Part shown: in pieces, positions 25,810-33,670 of the stretch
Layout: each line of letters starts with the position of its first letter
Numbering within the stretch: position 1 is the first letter of the stretch
From: a virus
Taxonomy: Duplodnaviria > Caudoviricetes
Direction: 5' to 3' (one strand)
Virus record (IMG/VR): IMGVR_UViG_3300012667_000473
Location: 1 to 35,629 of that record
Length of the DNA: 35,629 nt
Notes under the pieces: generated by a model
The model's input: only the letters and a program-made list of their open reading frames with translations
Databases searched by the model: none
Told to the model about the DNA's origin: nothing
Position numbers and translations under genes: made by a program

Positions 25810-26219
25810 CAGATTTCGTCATCCTCGATCAGATCATCAGCCGACAGCGCATAAATGGTGTCATGCACCAGCCCGCCGGTTTTTCCCATTTCCCGCATCT
25901 TGTTCGCCACCGATTCGACGGGGTAACCGATGCTCTTGGCGACCGTCTGGGCGGTGGCCGCGCCGCGTTCCAGATCGACCTTGATTTTGTCGGCCAGCGG
26001 ATCGGAATCCTTCGGCTCGCCGATGAAGATTGCCAGCCACGGCGTCCGATCCGGCATGTGCGTGTTCGGCACCAGCATGGCGTTCACCGTCTGGCCGACC
26101 CGCACGTTCGACGCCTCGGCCACCTTGCCGGGGATAAAGACCGATTCCGGCTTGCCGACCAGCATGCCAAAAGCGGTCTTGGTGCCCAGGACGTTGGTGA
26201 TGATGATTTCAGTCTGCAT
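25809..26219 (-). CDS. Putative OB-fold plus winged-HTH nucleic-acid-binding protein
   Basis: Start at ATG 26219. AFG...ESVFIP...VGQTV..PW.A is cold-shock-like; the C-terminus has LERGAATAQTVAKSIG. Confidence 0.55.
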   Translation of the reverse strand: MQTEIIITNVLGTKTAFGMLVGKPESVFIPGKVAEASNVRVGQTVNAMLVPNTHMPDRTPWLAIFIGEPKDSDPLADKIKVDLERGAATAQTVAKSIGYPVESVANKMREMGKTGGLVHDTIYALSADDLIEDDEI

Positions 26220-26394
26220 TCTTGTTTTCCATGTGATCAAGTTCGTTCTGGGCGGCATCCATATATGCGCCCAGGATGCCGATCTCTTCGCCGACCCACG
26301 CCGGGCGAACGCTGTCGCCATAGGTGAAGCGCAGGTCTTCGATCTGCTTGCGTTTCTGCTCGATGTATTCGCGCAGGTATTCTTGTCTGGTCAT
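26209..26394 (-). CDS. Hypothetical protein
   Basis: 61-aa helical ORF coupled to the MTase stop. Confidence 0.65.
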   Translation of the reverse strand: MTRQEYLREYIEQKRKQIEDLRFTYGDSVRPAWVGEEIGILGAYMDAAQNELDHMENKNAD

Positions 26395-27467
26395 TCGATC
26401 ACTCCACAGAAGGTTTGGATGAAGGCCGCCGCTGCTTGCGGGACGATGGCGTTGCCGTAACCGCGCAGTCGCACCACTCGGGCGGGTAACCCATGAGCCA
26501 GCGGGAATGTGCCGGGTTCAACTGGCCGCCACTTTCCATCCCGGCAGAAGAGCCAGTCAGCATCTGCCCATCCGCCGTGAAGCGCGCTGGGCCGTTCGAC
26601 ACGCTCCATGCCGCCATTGATGGCAGATCGTCCAGGCGGCCTTTCCGCTCCATCTCTGCTTCGCATCCCGCCAGTGTCCTTGCGCCCTTCGATCCGTCTG
26701 ATGCTCTCGGCGTCGGCCAGCCCGCCATTGCCGCCCGTTGCGGCAGCGGGATGCCCGTGTCCTGCGGCCTGATTGTCCCGTTGCCACGGTTCGCATCCAC
26801 CGCTGTCGGCGTCGACCAGCCCGCCGTCCAAACCACCCGGCCCAGCAGCGCATTCACCGGCACGTTTAGGCACTCCTGGCCGTCTTTGTGATCCCGTGTC
26901 GTCGGCGTCGGCCAGCCTGACCGCGCCGAAGAATGTGCGCTGGCGGATGTGGAATGCGCCGACGCCCGCAGCCGGAATATCAGACGTCCCGCAGGCGTAA
27001 TGTGCGGCTTCCAACCGCCCGAATAGGTCATCGATCCACGCCCACTCAGGCTGTCCTGAAGCGCCGTGTTCAGCGCGTTTTGCAGGCTTTCCGAAGACAG
27101 CCGCGCTGGCGACTTGCTCTCCAAAGAGGATGGGTGGCCGTCCAGCGGCAACGAGAGTTGCAAAGTGGGGTGCGAGGTGTCGTTCATCGTCCTGACCTTT
27201 CTGTTGTCCTGCGGTGCTGAACGGTTGGCACGGCGGCGATCCCGTCCAGAACGGCTGATCGTCAGGCCATCCGGCCAGACGCAGAGCGTATGACCAGCCG
27301 CCGATCCCAGCGAAGAAATGGCACTGCGTGAAGCCGCGCAGATCGTCGGCGGTCACATCAAGGATCGACCGCTCATCGACCACACCATCCGCGATGAGGC
27401 CGCGCCTGATCAGCTCGCGCAGCCATGCCGCTGCGCCAGCGTCATATTCGTTGTAATATGCGGGCAT
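26391..27467 (-). CDS. C5-cytosine DNA methyltransferase, alpha polypeptide
   Basis: Start at ATG 27467. Motif I FFAGIGG, IV GSPPCQPFS, VI variant FGEQV, VIII HIRQRTF and X LRGYGNAIVP; motif IX is absent from this frame. Confidence 0.9.
   Translation of the reverse strand: MPAYYNEYDAGAAAWLRELIRRGLIADGVVDERSILDVTADDLRGFTQCHFFAGIGGWSYALRLAGWPDDQPFWTGSPPCQPFSTAGQQKGQDDERHLAPHFATLVAAGRPPILFGEQVASAAVFGKPAKRAEHGASGQPEWAWIDDLFGRLEAAHYACGTSDIPAAGVGAFHIRQRTFFGAVRLADADDTGSQRRPGVPKRAGECAAGPGGLDGGLVDADSGGCEPWQRDNQAAGHGHPAAATGGNGGLADAESIRRIEGRKDTGGMRSRDGAERPPGRSAINGGMERVERPSALHGGWADADWLFCRDGKWRPVEPGTFPLAHGLPARVVRLRGYGNAIVPQAAAAFIQTFCGVIE
26399..27187 (-). CDS. Overprinted MTase beta polypeptide (TRD-like repeats plus motif IX)
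   Basis: 262-aa alternative-frame ORF nested in the MTase, with GWPTPTTRD, GWSTPTAVD, GWPTPRASD and LNPAHSRWLMGYPPEW. Confidence 0.78.
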   Translation of the reverse strand: MNDTSHPTLQLSLPLDGHPSSLESKSPARLSSESLQNALNTALQDSLSGRGSMTYSGGWKPHITPAGRLIFRLRASAHSTSASAHSSARSGWPTPTTRDHKDGQECLNVPVNALLGRVVWTAGWSTPTAVDANRGNGTIRPQDTGIPLPQRAAMAGWPTPRASDGSKGARTLAGCEAEMERKGRLDDLPSMAAWSVSNGPARFTADGQMLTGSSAGMESGGQLNPAHSRWLMGYPPEWCDCAVTATPSSRKQRRPSSKPSVE

Positions 27468-27652
27468 CACGCATCCTCCACGGTGATCGTTGCGTTGCGC
27501 CCAGCGTCGTCGCATTCGACCCGCCAGACGCAGAGGCGCTCAAGGTTGGTGAAGTGCGCAACCTGATCATGCGCGTTGTCTGCCGCCCGTCTGGACGCGC
27601 AGCGGCGCGATGTCCCGCCGCCCGGATAAACATTGATGTAGCTGATCATCAC
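27467..27652 (-). CDS. Hypothetical protein
   Basis: Coupled ORF with YINVYP...RLCVWRVE. Confidence 0.65.
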   Translation of the reverse strand: MMISYINVYPGGGTSRRCASRRAADNAHDQVAHFTNLERLCVWRVECDDAGRNATITVEDA

Positions 27653-27747
27653 AGGCCCAGCCCGTGGCCGATCAGCAGCAGGCCGTAGGCAGCGCCGAAG
27701 ATGCAGGCGACACCGATGGCGTCGGCGATAATGTGGCGGATTTTCAT
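27649..27747 (-). CDS. 32-aa single-TM peptide (not in the ORF track)
   Basis: MKIRHIIADAIGVACIFGAAYGLLLIGHGLGL; AAGGAGAG RBS; stop overlaps the next start. Confidence 0.75.
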   Translation of the reverse strand: MKIRHIIADAIGVACIFGAAYGLLLIGHGLGL

Positions 27748-27776
27748 GTTGGTCTCTCCTTGTTTGCGGTGGTTGA

Positions 27777-27798
27777 GGCCAGCCCGTGACGGCTGGCC
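27777..27798. other. Intergenic hairpin
   Basis: GGCCAGCC-CGTGAC-GGCTGGCC is a perfect 8-bp stem between the first two leftward genes; no U-tract. Confidence 0.6.
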
Positions 27799-27807
27799 GA
27801 TTTCAGA

Positions 27808-27978
27808 TCACTCAGAGCAAATTTTCCAGTCGTAAAATTCGCGAGCGAGCTTGTTCCATTCTGCGCGCGCGGCGGCACACTTGGCCTTGCCGAGCTGCGA
27901 CTCGGCCCCTTCGAGAGCTTCCTCTGCGTGAGGAATGCCGTGCTGTTTTGCGATGCTGCGGATGCGTGCCGGGGTCAT
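27808..27978 (-). CDS. 56-aa hypothetical protein, first gene of the leftward operon (not in the ORF track)
   Basis: MTPARIRSIAKQHGIPHAEEALEGAESQLGKAKCAAARAEWNKLAREFYDWKICSE; AAGGA RBS. Confidence 0.7.
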   Translation of the reverse strand: MTPARIRSIAKQHGIPHAEEALEGAESQLGKAKCAAARAEWNKLAREFYDWKICSE

Positions 27979-28108
27979 TTCGTTCGTCCTTGTTTGCTAG
28001 TTCGTGATCCCACTATACGGCCAGTTTCGCCACGCGCCACAGAAAAATGCGCTGGACAGCAAATTATTTTGACCCTATGCCTGAAGCACCGAAACACAGG
28101 AGGACGCC
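27979..28108. promoter_or_regulatory. Divergent promoter region
   Basis: Leftward -10 TATAGT; rightward TGGACA-17-TATGCC with near-palindrome CAAATTATTTTG (28060-28071) in the spacer; CGCCAC occurs twice. Confidence 0.6.
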
Positions 28109-28327
28109 GTGAAGGCACAGAAACAGATCAGAGCATGGGCAGACAAGGACGGGCGCAAGTTGGCCTGGCTGGCCGGTCATGTGCCGGTCGCCAGCTCCAG
28201 CCTCTCGCGCTGGATGACCGGTCGCGTGATGCCATCGGCGGTCTATCGCCATCGCATCGCCGACATCACCGGCATCGAGGATGCGCGGGATGCGGCCAAC
28301 TGGAACGCGTCGGGAGATCTCGCATGA
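28109..28327 (+). CDS. Cro/XRE-like HTH protein
   Basis: WLAGHVPVASSSLSRWMTGRVMPS...IADIT; AGGAGG RBS with GTG start. Confidence 0.82.
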   Translation: MKAQKQIRAWADKDGRKLAWLAGHVPVASSSLSRWMTGRVMPSAVYRHRIADITGIEDARDAANWNASGDLA

Positions 28328-28593
28328 AGCGCGCTGAGATCTTGGACACCGCCAAGCACATCATCACCGTTGATCGCGCGGCCACGCACGGCGATGCGGA
28401 GCGCAACTTCGGTTTGATCGCCACCTATTGGTCGGCGCACCTGGACGCCATCGTCACGGCCACCGATGTCGCGGTGATGATGGCGCTGTTCAAGCTGGCC
28501 CGCGCCAAAGGCAACATCGGCAATGCTGAAAACTGGATCGACGGCATCGGCTATATGGCCTGCGGCGGCGAGATCGCCACGGAGCAATCCTGA
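28324..28593 (+). CDS. DUF6378-like protein
   Basis: EIL..A..II..DR...HG..E.NF..IA..WS, DVA.MM.L.K.AR and D..GY.ACG.E motifs. Confidence 0.8.
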   Translation: MKRAEILDTAKHIITVDRAATHGDAERNFGLIATYWSAHLDAIVTATDVAVMMALFKLARAKGNIGNAENWIDGIGYMACGGEIATEQS

Positions 28594-29030
28594 TGGCCCG
28601 ATTTCTCGGCATCGATCCCGGCAAAACCGGCGCAATCGCGGTGATGGACGGCGACGACATGTCGGTGATCGTTTACGATATGCCTGCGACCATCGAGGAA
28701 AAGCGCGCCATCCTGTCAGAGATCGGCACGGTGCGCGTCGGATGGATCGAGAAACCGTTTTTCCCGCGCATGATCGGCATCAAAAATGCCGTCACCATCG
28801 CGCAGGCATATGGCGAGATGCGGGCGTGCCTGTTCTTCGCGGGCGTGCCGACCAACGAGATCCCGCCAGCGGCATGGAAAAAGACCTTTGGCCTATCGAC
28901 GGACAAGGACGCATCGCGGGCATACGCATCGAGCGTGTTCCCAGATCAGGCGCACCTCTGGGCGCGCAAAAAAGATGACGGCAGGGCCGAGGCGGCTCTG
29001 ATCGCATATTACGGATGGAGGAAAAAATGA
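28593..29030 (+). CDS. RuvC-like Holliday junction resolvase
   Basis: LGIDPGKTGAIA, WIEK, P..WKK and DGRAEAALIA motifs. Confidence 0.85.
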   Translation: MARFLGIDPGKTGAIAVMDGDDMSVIVYDMPATIEEKRAILSEIGTVRVGWIEKPFFPRMIGIKNAVTIAQAYGEMRACLFFAGVPTNEIPPAAWKKTFGLSTDKDASRAYASSVFPDQAHLWARKKDDGRAEAALIAYYGWRKK

Positions 29031-29233
29031 AGCTCAAGGAGATCAAGGCCATCGTGGACGGCCTGATCGAAACGCACGGCGGCGAGATGGAGACGCGGTT
29101 CAAATACAAGTTTGCCTCTGGTCGCGTCGGGCAGGGGCCGATCACCGGTTATACCGTGCGCCCGCCAAAATCGCCGATCCTCGGCGGATCGGTTGACTTC
29201 ACCATCGATTATGCACGGGGAGATGAAGCATGA
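29027..29233 (+). CDS. Hypothetical protein
   Basis: ATGA-coupled ORF with a GGAGG RBS. Confidence 0.7.
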   Translation: MKLKEIKAIVDGLIETHGGEMETRFKYKFASGRVGQGPITGYTVRPPKSPILGGSVDFTIDYARGDEA

Positions 29234-30045
29234 TCAGAGATCTGACCAACCAGGAATATCACCAGCATCCTGCGATCAGCAGCAGCGATGTCAAAATGGT
29301 GGCGGCCAAGTCGCTCGCCCACTGGCGGCACAAGGTTTACAAGCCCAGCGCCACATTCGCGCTCGGCAGCGCCGTTCACGCGCTGGTTCTGGAGCCGTCC
29401 AAGGATCTGGTCATTCGTGGCCCGGAGGATCGGCGCGGCAACAAGTGGAAAGAAGCCAGCCTTGCCGCTGACATCGACGGCAAGATCCTGCTGACCGAAG
29501 GTGACTATGATCAGGCGCGGGCGATCGCCCAGCCGGTGATCAGCCACCCCGTGATGACCGGCTATCTGAACGATCCGACATTCGTGCCAGAGGCCAGTTT
29601 CTTCGCCTACGACGACGAAACCGACATGAGGATCAAATGCAGGCCAGACGGATTCATGCCGGAATCTGGCATCGTGTTCGACATCAAGACCACCCAGGAC
29701 GCCAGCCCGGACGGATTCCCGCGAGAGATCCGCAAGTATGGATACGATCTCCAAGCGGCATTCTATCTGCGGTGCCTGCGCCTGGCAGGCCAGAAGGCCC
29801 ACACCTTCGTGTTCGTCGCGGTGGAAAAAGAAGCGCCCTATGCGGTCGGGCTGCACATGCTGACCGAGCGGTATCTGGCGGCGGCTGATCTGAGGGTCAC
29901 CGAGACGCTGCACAAAATTCACAGCGCACGCACAGCCAATGTCTTCCCAACCGGCTGGCCGTTGATTAACCATGTCGATCTGCCTCGCTGGCAGATCGCA
30001 GAGCCAGAGGCCGATGCCTTTGACGAAGCCGAAACCGATTTCTGA
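29230..30045 (+). CDS. PD-(D/E)xK exonuclease, RecE/ExoVIII-like (DUF3799 type)
   Basis: YH...AISSS, GSAVH..VLEP, KCRPD...DIKTT, YDLQAAFY and FVAVEKE.PY motifs. Confidence 0.9.
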   Translation: MIRDLTNQEYHQHPAISSSDVKMVAAKSLAHWRHKVYKPSATFALGSAVHALVLEPSKDLVIRGPEDRRGNKWKEASLAADIDGKILLTEGDYDQARAIAQPVISHPVMTGYLNDPTFVPEASFFAYDDETDMRIKCRPDGFMPESGIVFDIKTTQDASPDGFPREIRKYGYDLQAAFYLRCLRLAGQKAHTFVFVAVEKEAPYAVGLHMLTERYLAAADLRVTETLHKIHSARTANVFPTGWPLINHVDLPRWQIAEPEADAFDEAETDF

Positions 30046-30070
30046 CCACTGCCAGAGAGGAGAAAAACCA

Positions 30071-30349
30071 ATGGCGCAGACGAAAGGCGAATACCGTGTC
30101 GGTATCAGCTTCAACCCGTCAGGAGACGATCAGGTGGGACGCATCAAGCGCGCTGCCGCTGACCTGATCGACCTGATCGAAGCGATCAAGTTTCCCGATT
30201 TCGATGATGATCTGGACGGCGACGCTTGGAGCAAGGCAATCGAACACTGCGGCGAAATCGGGCGGCTGAAGGCGCTGGCCCAGGATGACATTGAAAACGC
30301 CGCAATGTTGGCCGTGAAGGCCGCAACGAAACCCGCAATGGAGCAGTGA
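30071..30349 (+). CDS. Acb2/Tad1-hairpin-like small protein (candidate cyclic-nucleotide sponge)
   Basis: FNPS...V..IK..AA.LID.I, then R.KALAQ..IE.AAM.AVKAAT, forming a two-helix hairpin. Confidence 0.6.
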   Translation: MAQTKGEYRVGISFNPSGDDQVGRIKRAAADLIDLIEAIKFPDFDDDLDGDAWSKAIEHCGEIGRLKALAQDDIENAAMLAVKAATKPAMEQ

Positions 30350-30350
30350 A

Positions 30351-31004
30351 ATGGCAAACAACGACGAATTCCTGAAGATCCTCGCCAAGAACGTGACGCT
30401 GCAATATCCGAAGCTGCACCAGACGCACCGGTTCAACACCGCGCAGAAAAAATCCGAGCCGTGCGCGCCCACCGCATCCGGCGCGGCCTGGTCGGTGGCA
30501 TTCAACATGCCCAAAGAACAGGCCAAACCGATCTACGACGAAATGCGCGCGCACTATGAGGCGTGCCGGGGCCGCAATACCAAGCTGCCGCCGTTCAAGA
30601 CCGTATTCGGCATGAAAAAGCTGAAGGATGAGCACGGCAACGAGACCGGCATCGTTCAGTTTGCGGCCAAGCGCAACGGCGTGAAGGGCAGCGGCGAGGC
30701 CAACAAGGCGCCGACCGTGATCGACGGGCAGAAACAACCGCTGGCCGATCTGAACATCTGGGGCGGATCGAAAGGCACCGTCCGGGCATGGGCGATCGCC
30801 GTTGTGGATCCTGATGGCGCTGGCGGGATCTCGCTGCTGCTGGACGCGGTCCAGGTTACCGAAGCGCGCTATGGCGACGGCGGGATGGACGACTTCGACA
30901 CCGTCGAAACCAAGGCGGATCCGTTCGAAGCGGAAAAGGCGCCGCTGACCGACAACAAGCGCGCTGCCATCAAGCAAGAGATGGACGACGAAATCCCGTT
31001 CTGA
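30351..31004 (+). CDS. Single-stranded DNA-binding protein (T7 gp2.5-like OB fold)
   Basis: LQYPKL, P.VIDG, IWGGS.G.V, GISL.L.AVQV motifs; acidic tail ending DDEIPF. Confidence 0.85.
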   Translation: MANNDEFLKILAKNVTLQYPKLHQTHRFNTAQKKSEPCAPTASGAAWSVAFNMPKEQAKPIYDEMRAHYEACRGRNTKLPPFKTVFGMKKLKDEHGNETGIVQFAAKRNGVKGSGEANKAPTVIDGQKQPLADLNIWGGSKGTVRAWAIAVVDPDGAGGISLLLDAVQVTEARYGDGGMDDFDTVETKADPFEAEKAPLTDNKRAAIKQEMDDEIPF

Positions 31005-31011
31005 AAATGAA

Positions 31012-31051
31012 GAAGCCTGCGGGCTGACCACACCCGCAGGCTTCAGTTTTT
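31012..31051 (+). terminator. Intrinsic terminator after ssb
   Basis: GAAGCCTGCGGG/CCCGCAGGCTTC 12-bp stem followed by AGTTTTT. Confidence 0.8.
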
Positions 31052-31120
31052 GGAACAGGGAGGAGTTCGGTTCCATGCAAACAATACATTCCGAAACATC
31101 GCACCGCAAGGACATCGAAT

Positions 31121-33454
31121 ATGTCTGATGTCCGTTTCCTGACAGCACCCGGATCGTTTTTCACGCTGATCGACAGGCCAGAGCAAACCTATCCCGGCAT
31201 CAGCTGGAATGAGATCGTCAAACTGGTCCTGACACCGCAGGCCAAGGAAAAGATCGACGCCGACTTTTTCATCCCGTCCACCTATCGCGCGCATGATGGC
31301 CGAGCGCACGAAGCCCAGCGCGAACGCGGCGCATATCGGGCGCTGGGCGTGGACATCGACCGGGGCAACCCGACCATCGACGATGTGCAAGAGGCCGTGC
31401 AGGCCGTCTGCGGCGAGGCCGGGATGCTGATCTACTCATCCTCTGGCGCATCGCCGGAAAACCGCAAGTGGCGGGTGATCGTGCCGCTGGCCGGTGTGAT
31501 CTCTGGCGCGGAATATGAAGAGGTCCAGACCGCCTTCTTTGACCTGTTGCATGTGAACGGCGTGCATCCAGATGGCGCGCTAGCACGCTGTGGGCAGCCG
31601 ATCTATCTGCCAAACGTGCCGCTGGCGAAGCGCAATCAAGACCTGTCGCCGATCTTCTATCAGAGCCGCATCCTGCGCGGAAAGCCGCTGCGGATCGATG
31701 CCGACAGCCCGATCCAGCAAGAGGTCAACCGCCGCGCAGAACAGCAGCGCATCGCGGCCCAGCAGGCAGAACGGGCGCGGGCGGAACGTGAACGCCAGCG
31801 CGCCGAGCGTCGGCAGAAATTCCCGGACGAAGCCAGCCCGGTCGATGCGTTCAACGCAGATCACAGCATCGACGACCTGCTGGCTCGATACCAATACACG
31901 CGACGGGGATCGTCCCGACACTATCGGTCGCGCTATCAAACCAGCCCATCGTTCGCGACCGAAAATTTCGGCACGCACTGGGTCAGCCTGTCGGGATCAG
32001 ACGCAGCCGCTGGCGTCGGCAGGCCGAAGTCTCTGGGCGAGAATTCCTATTGCTGGGGCGATGCCTTTGACCTGTTCGTCCACTATGAGCATGGCGGGGA
32101 TTTCGAGAAAGCCGTCCGGGCATATGGCGCGGAGATCAACCCGGCTCGTAACGATGTGCCAGACAACGGGATGGATGATTTCGACTATGTGGCCCCACAG
32201 CCCGCGCCAGAGCCGCCTAGCAGCGCGATGGACGCGCCGGAGCATGACGGAGCCGCAGACATCCCAGATGCGCCTGTGGACGCGCCTGACGCAGCGCCAG
32301 ACTGGCCCAGCCTTTACGATATGTTTGACGAGGCCAAGATCGAGCCGCGCCGGTGGATTTATGCCCACCACTATCTGCGATCATTCGTCAGCGTCCTGGC
32401 GTCGGCGGGCGGGATCGGCAAGACCAGCCTCCAGATCGTCGAGGCGCTCGCCATCGTGACCGGCAGGCCGCTCCTGGGTGAAGAGGTCAAGGAGCGCACC
32501 AGCGTCTGGATCGTTAACCTTGAAGACCCGCTCGAAGAAATCCAGCGCCGCGTCCTGGCCGCGATGCGCCACTATGGCATCAAGCCCGCCGATGTGCGCG
32601 GTCGGCTGTTTGTCAACGCTGGCCGAGATTTCAGCCTCAAATTCGGAATCCAGACCCGCGACGGCGTCCTGCCCAACACAAAGCTGGTCGAATATCTCTG
32701 CGCCAAGATTCCCGAAAAGCAGATCGGCTGCGTGTTCATCGATCCATTCGTCGGCGCGCACAACATCAACGAGAATGACAACATGGCGGTCAACGCCATC
32801 GTCGCCGAGATCAGGCGCGTGGCCGACGAAACCAAATCCGCCATCGGCCTGGTCCATCACATCCGCAAAGGCAACGGCGAGGATGCGAGCATCGACAGCG
32901 TGCGCGGCGCAGGATCTCTGATCGGCGCGGCCAGGGCGGCGCGGGTCATCAATCGGGTCAGCGAGGACGATGCCCTAAAGCTTGGCGTCAGCCCGGATCA
33001 GGCGAAAGGCATATTCAGGGTCGATGACGGAAAGGCCAATCTGGCACCGCCAGCCGACAAGGCGGTATATCGGCAGATGACCGGCGTTAAAATAGAGAAC
33101 GGCGAATGGGTCGGCGTCTGCGTTCCATTCGAATTGCCGGATGAATGGAAAGGCATGACCGATAAGGTGGTCAACGATATCCTGCGCCTGATCGATCTCG
33201 GCCCTAAAACCAGCGACGGGTCAGAGGAATATTATTCGATCAGGCCGCAGGACAAGGATCGGTTCGTCGGGCGGGTCATCACCTCCTATGCATTCGATGA
33301 CGCGCAGCACACCAAGACAGACGGGCAGGCCAAGCGGATCATCAAGACATGGCACGAGCGAGGTCTGATCGAGGAGTTCGAATATCGGTCCGAGGCCCAG
33401 CGCAAAGACCGCAAAGGTGTGCGCGCTGTGGGCCGGGTCGGGGACCAGTTTTGA
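31121..33454 (+). CDS. Primase-helicase (AEP-like N-domain plus RepA/AAA_25 helicase)
   Basis: GVDID, YSSSG and KWRVIVPL in the N-domain; Walker A ASAGGIGKTS, Walker B VFIDP, LVHHIRK and RGAGSL. Confidence 0.88.
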   Translation: MSDVRFLTAPGSFFTLIDRPEQTYPGISWNEIVKLVLTPQAKEKIDADFFIPSTYRAHDGRAHEAQRERGAYRALGVDIDRGNPTIDDVQEAVQAVCGEAGMLIYSSSGASPENRKWRVIVPLAGVISGAEYEEVQTAFFDLLHVNGVHPDGALARCGQPIYLPNVPLAKRNQDLSPIFYQSRILRGKPLRIDADSPIQQEVNRRAEQQRIAAQQAERARAERERQRAERRQKFPDEASPVDAFNADHSIDDLLARYQYTRRGSSRHYRSRYQTSPSFATENFGTHWVSLSGSDAAAGVGRPKSLGENSYCWGDAFDLFVHYEHGGDFEKAVRAYGAEINPARNDVPDNGMDDFDYVAPQPAPEPPSSAMDAPEHDGAADIPDAPVDAPDAAPDWPSLYDMFDEAKIEPRRWIYAHHYLRSFVSVLASAGGIGKTSLQIVEALAIVTGRPLLGEEVKERTSVWIVNLEDPLEEIQRRVLAAMRHYGIKPADVRGRLFVNAGRDFSLKFGIQTRDGVLPNTKLVEYLCAKIPEKQIGCVFIDPFVGAHNINENDNMAVNAIVAEIRRVADETKSAIGLVHHIRKGNGEDASIDSVRGAGSLIGAARAARVINRVSEDDALKLGVSPDQAKGIFRVDDGKANLAPPADKAVYRQMTGVKIENGEWVGVCVPFELPDEWKGMTDKVVNDILRLIDLGPKTSDGSEEYYSIRPQDKDRFVGRVITSYAFDDAQHTKTDGQAKRIIKTWHERGLIEEFEYRSEAQRKDRKGVRAVGRVGDQF

Positions 33455-33457
33455 TGT

Positions 33458-33631
33458 GCGCCGCTGGATTTCAAAACAGCATTCCAGCGGCGCGCCAGCG
33501 GCGCAAAATGGCTGCGCCGCTGGAAAGCCAACCCTATAGGGTAAACCCAGCGGCGCACTGCGCGCCACTGCTGCCTGCCTAGCGGCGCAGCAGCGGCGCA
33601 CAGCGCTGGGTTTGCCCTGCCACGGGTTGGC
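33458..33631. repeat. Iteron-like CCAGCGGCGC cluster with palindromes; candidate replication origin
   Basis: At least 7 copies in both orientations, palindrome ACCCTATAGGGT at 33531-33542, and a long inverted repeat 33538-52/33604-18. Confidence 0.7.
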
Positions 33632-33670
33632 CCGGCGCGACGGCGATGACCACGAAAACAGGAGAGAGAG

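Noticed and set aside
33458-33631. CRISPR or mini-array
   Set aside because: Repeats are only about 10 bp, in mixed orientation and irregularly spaced, with no spacers or cas genes.
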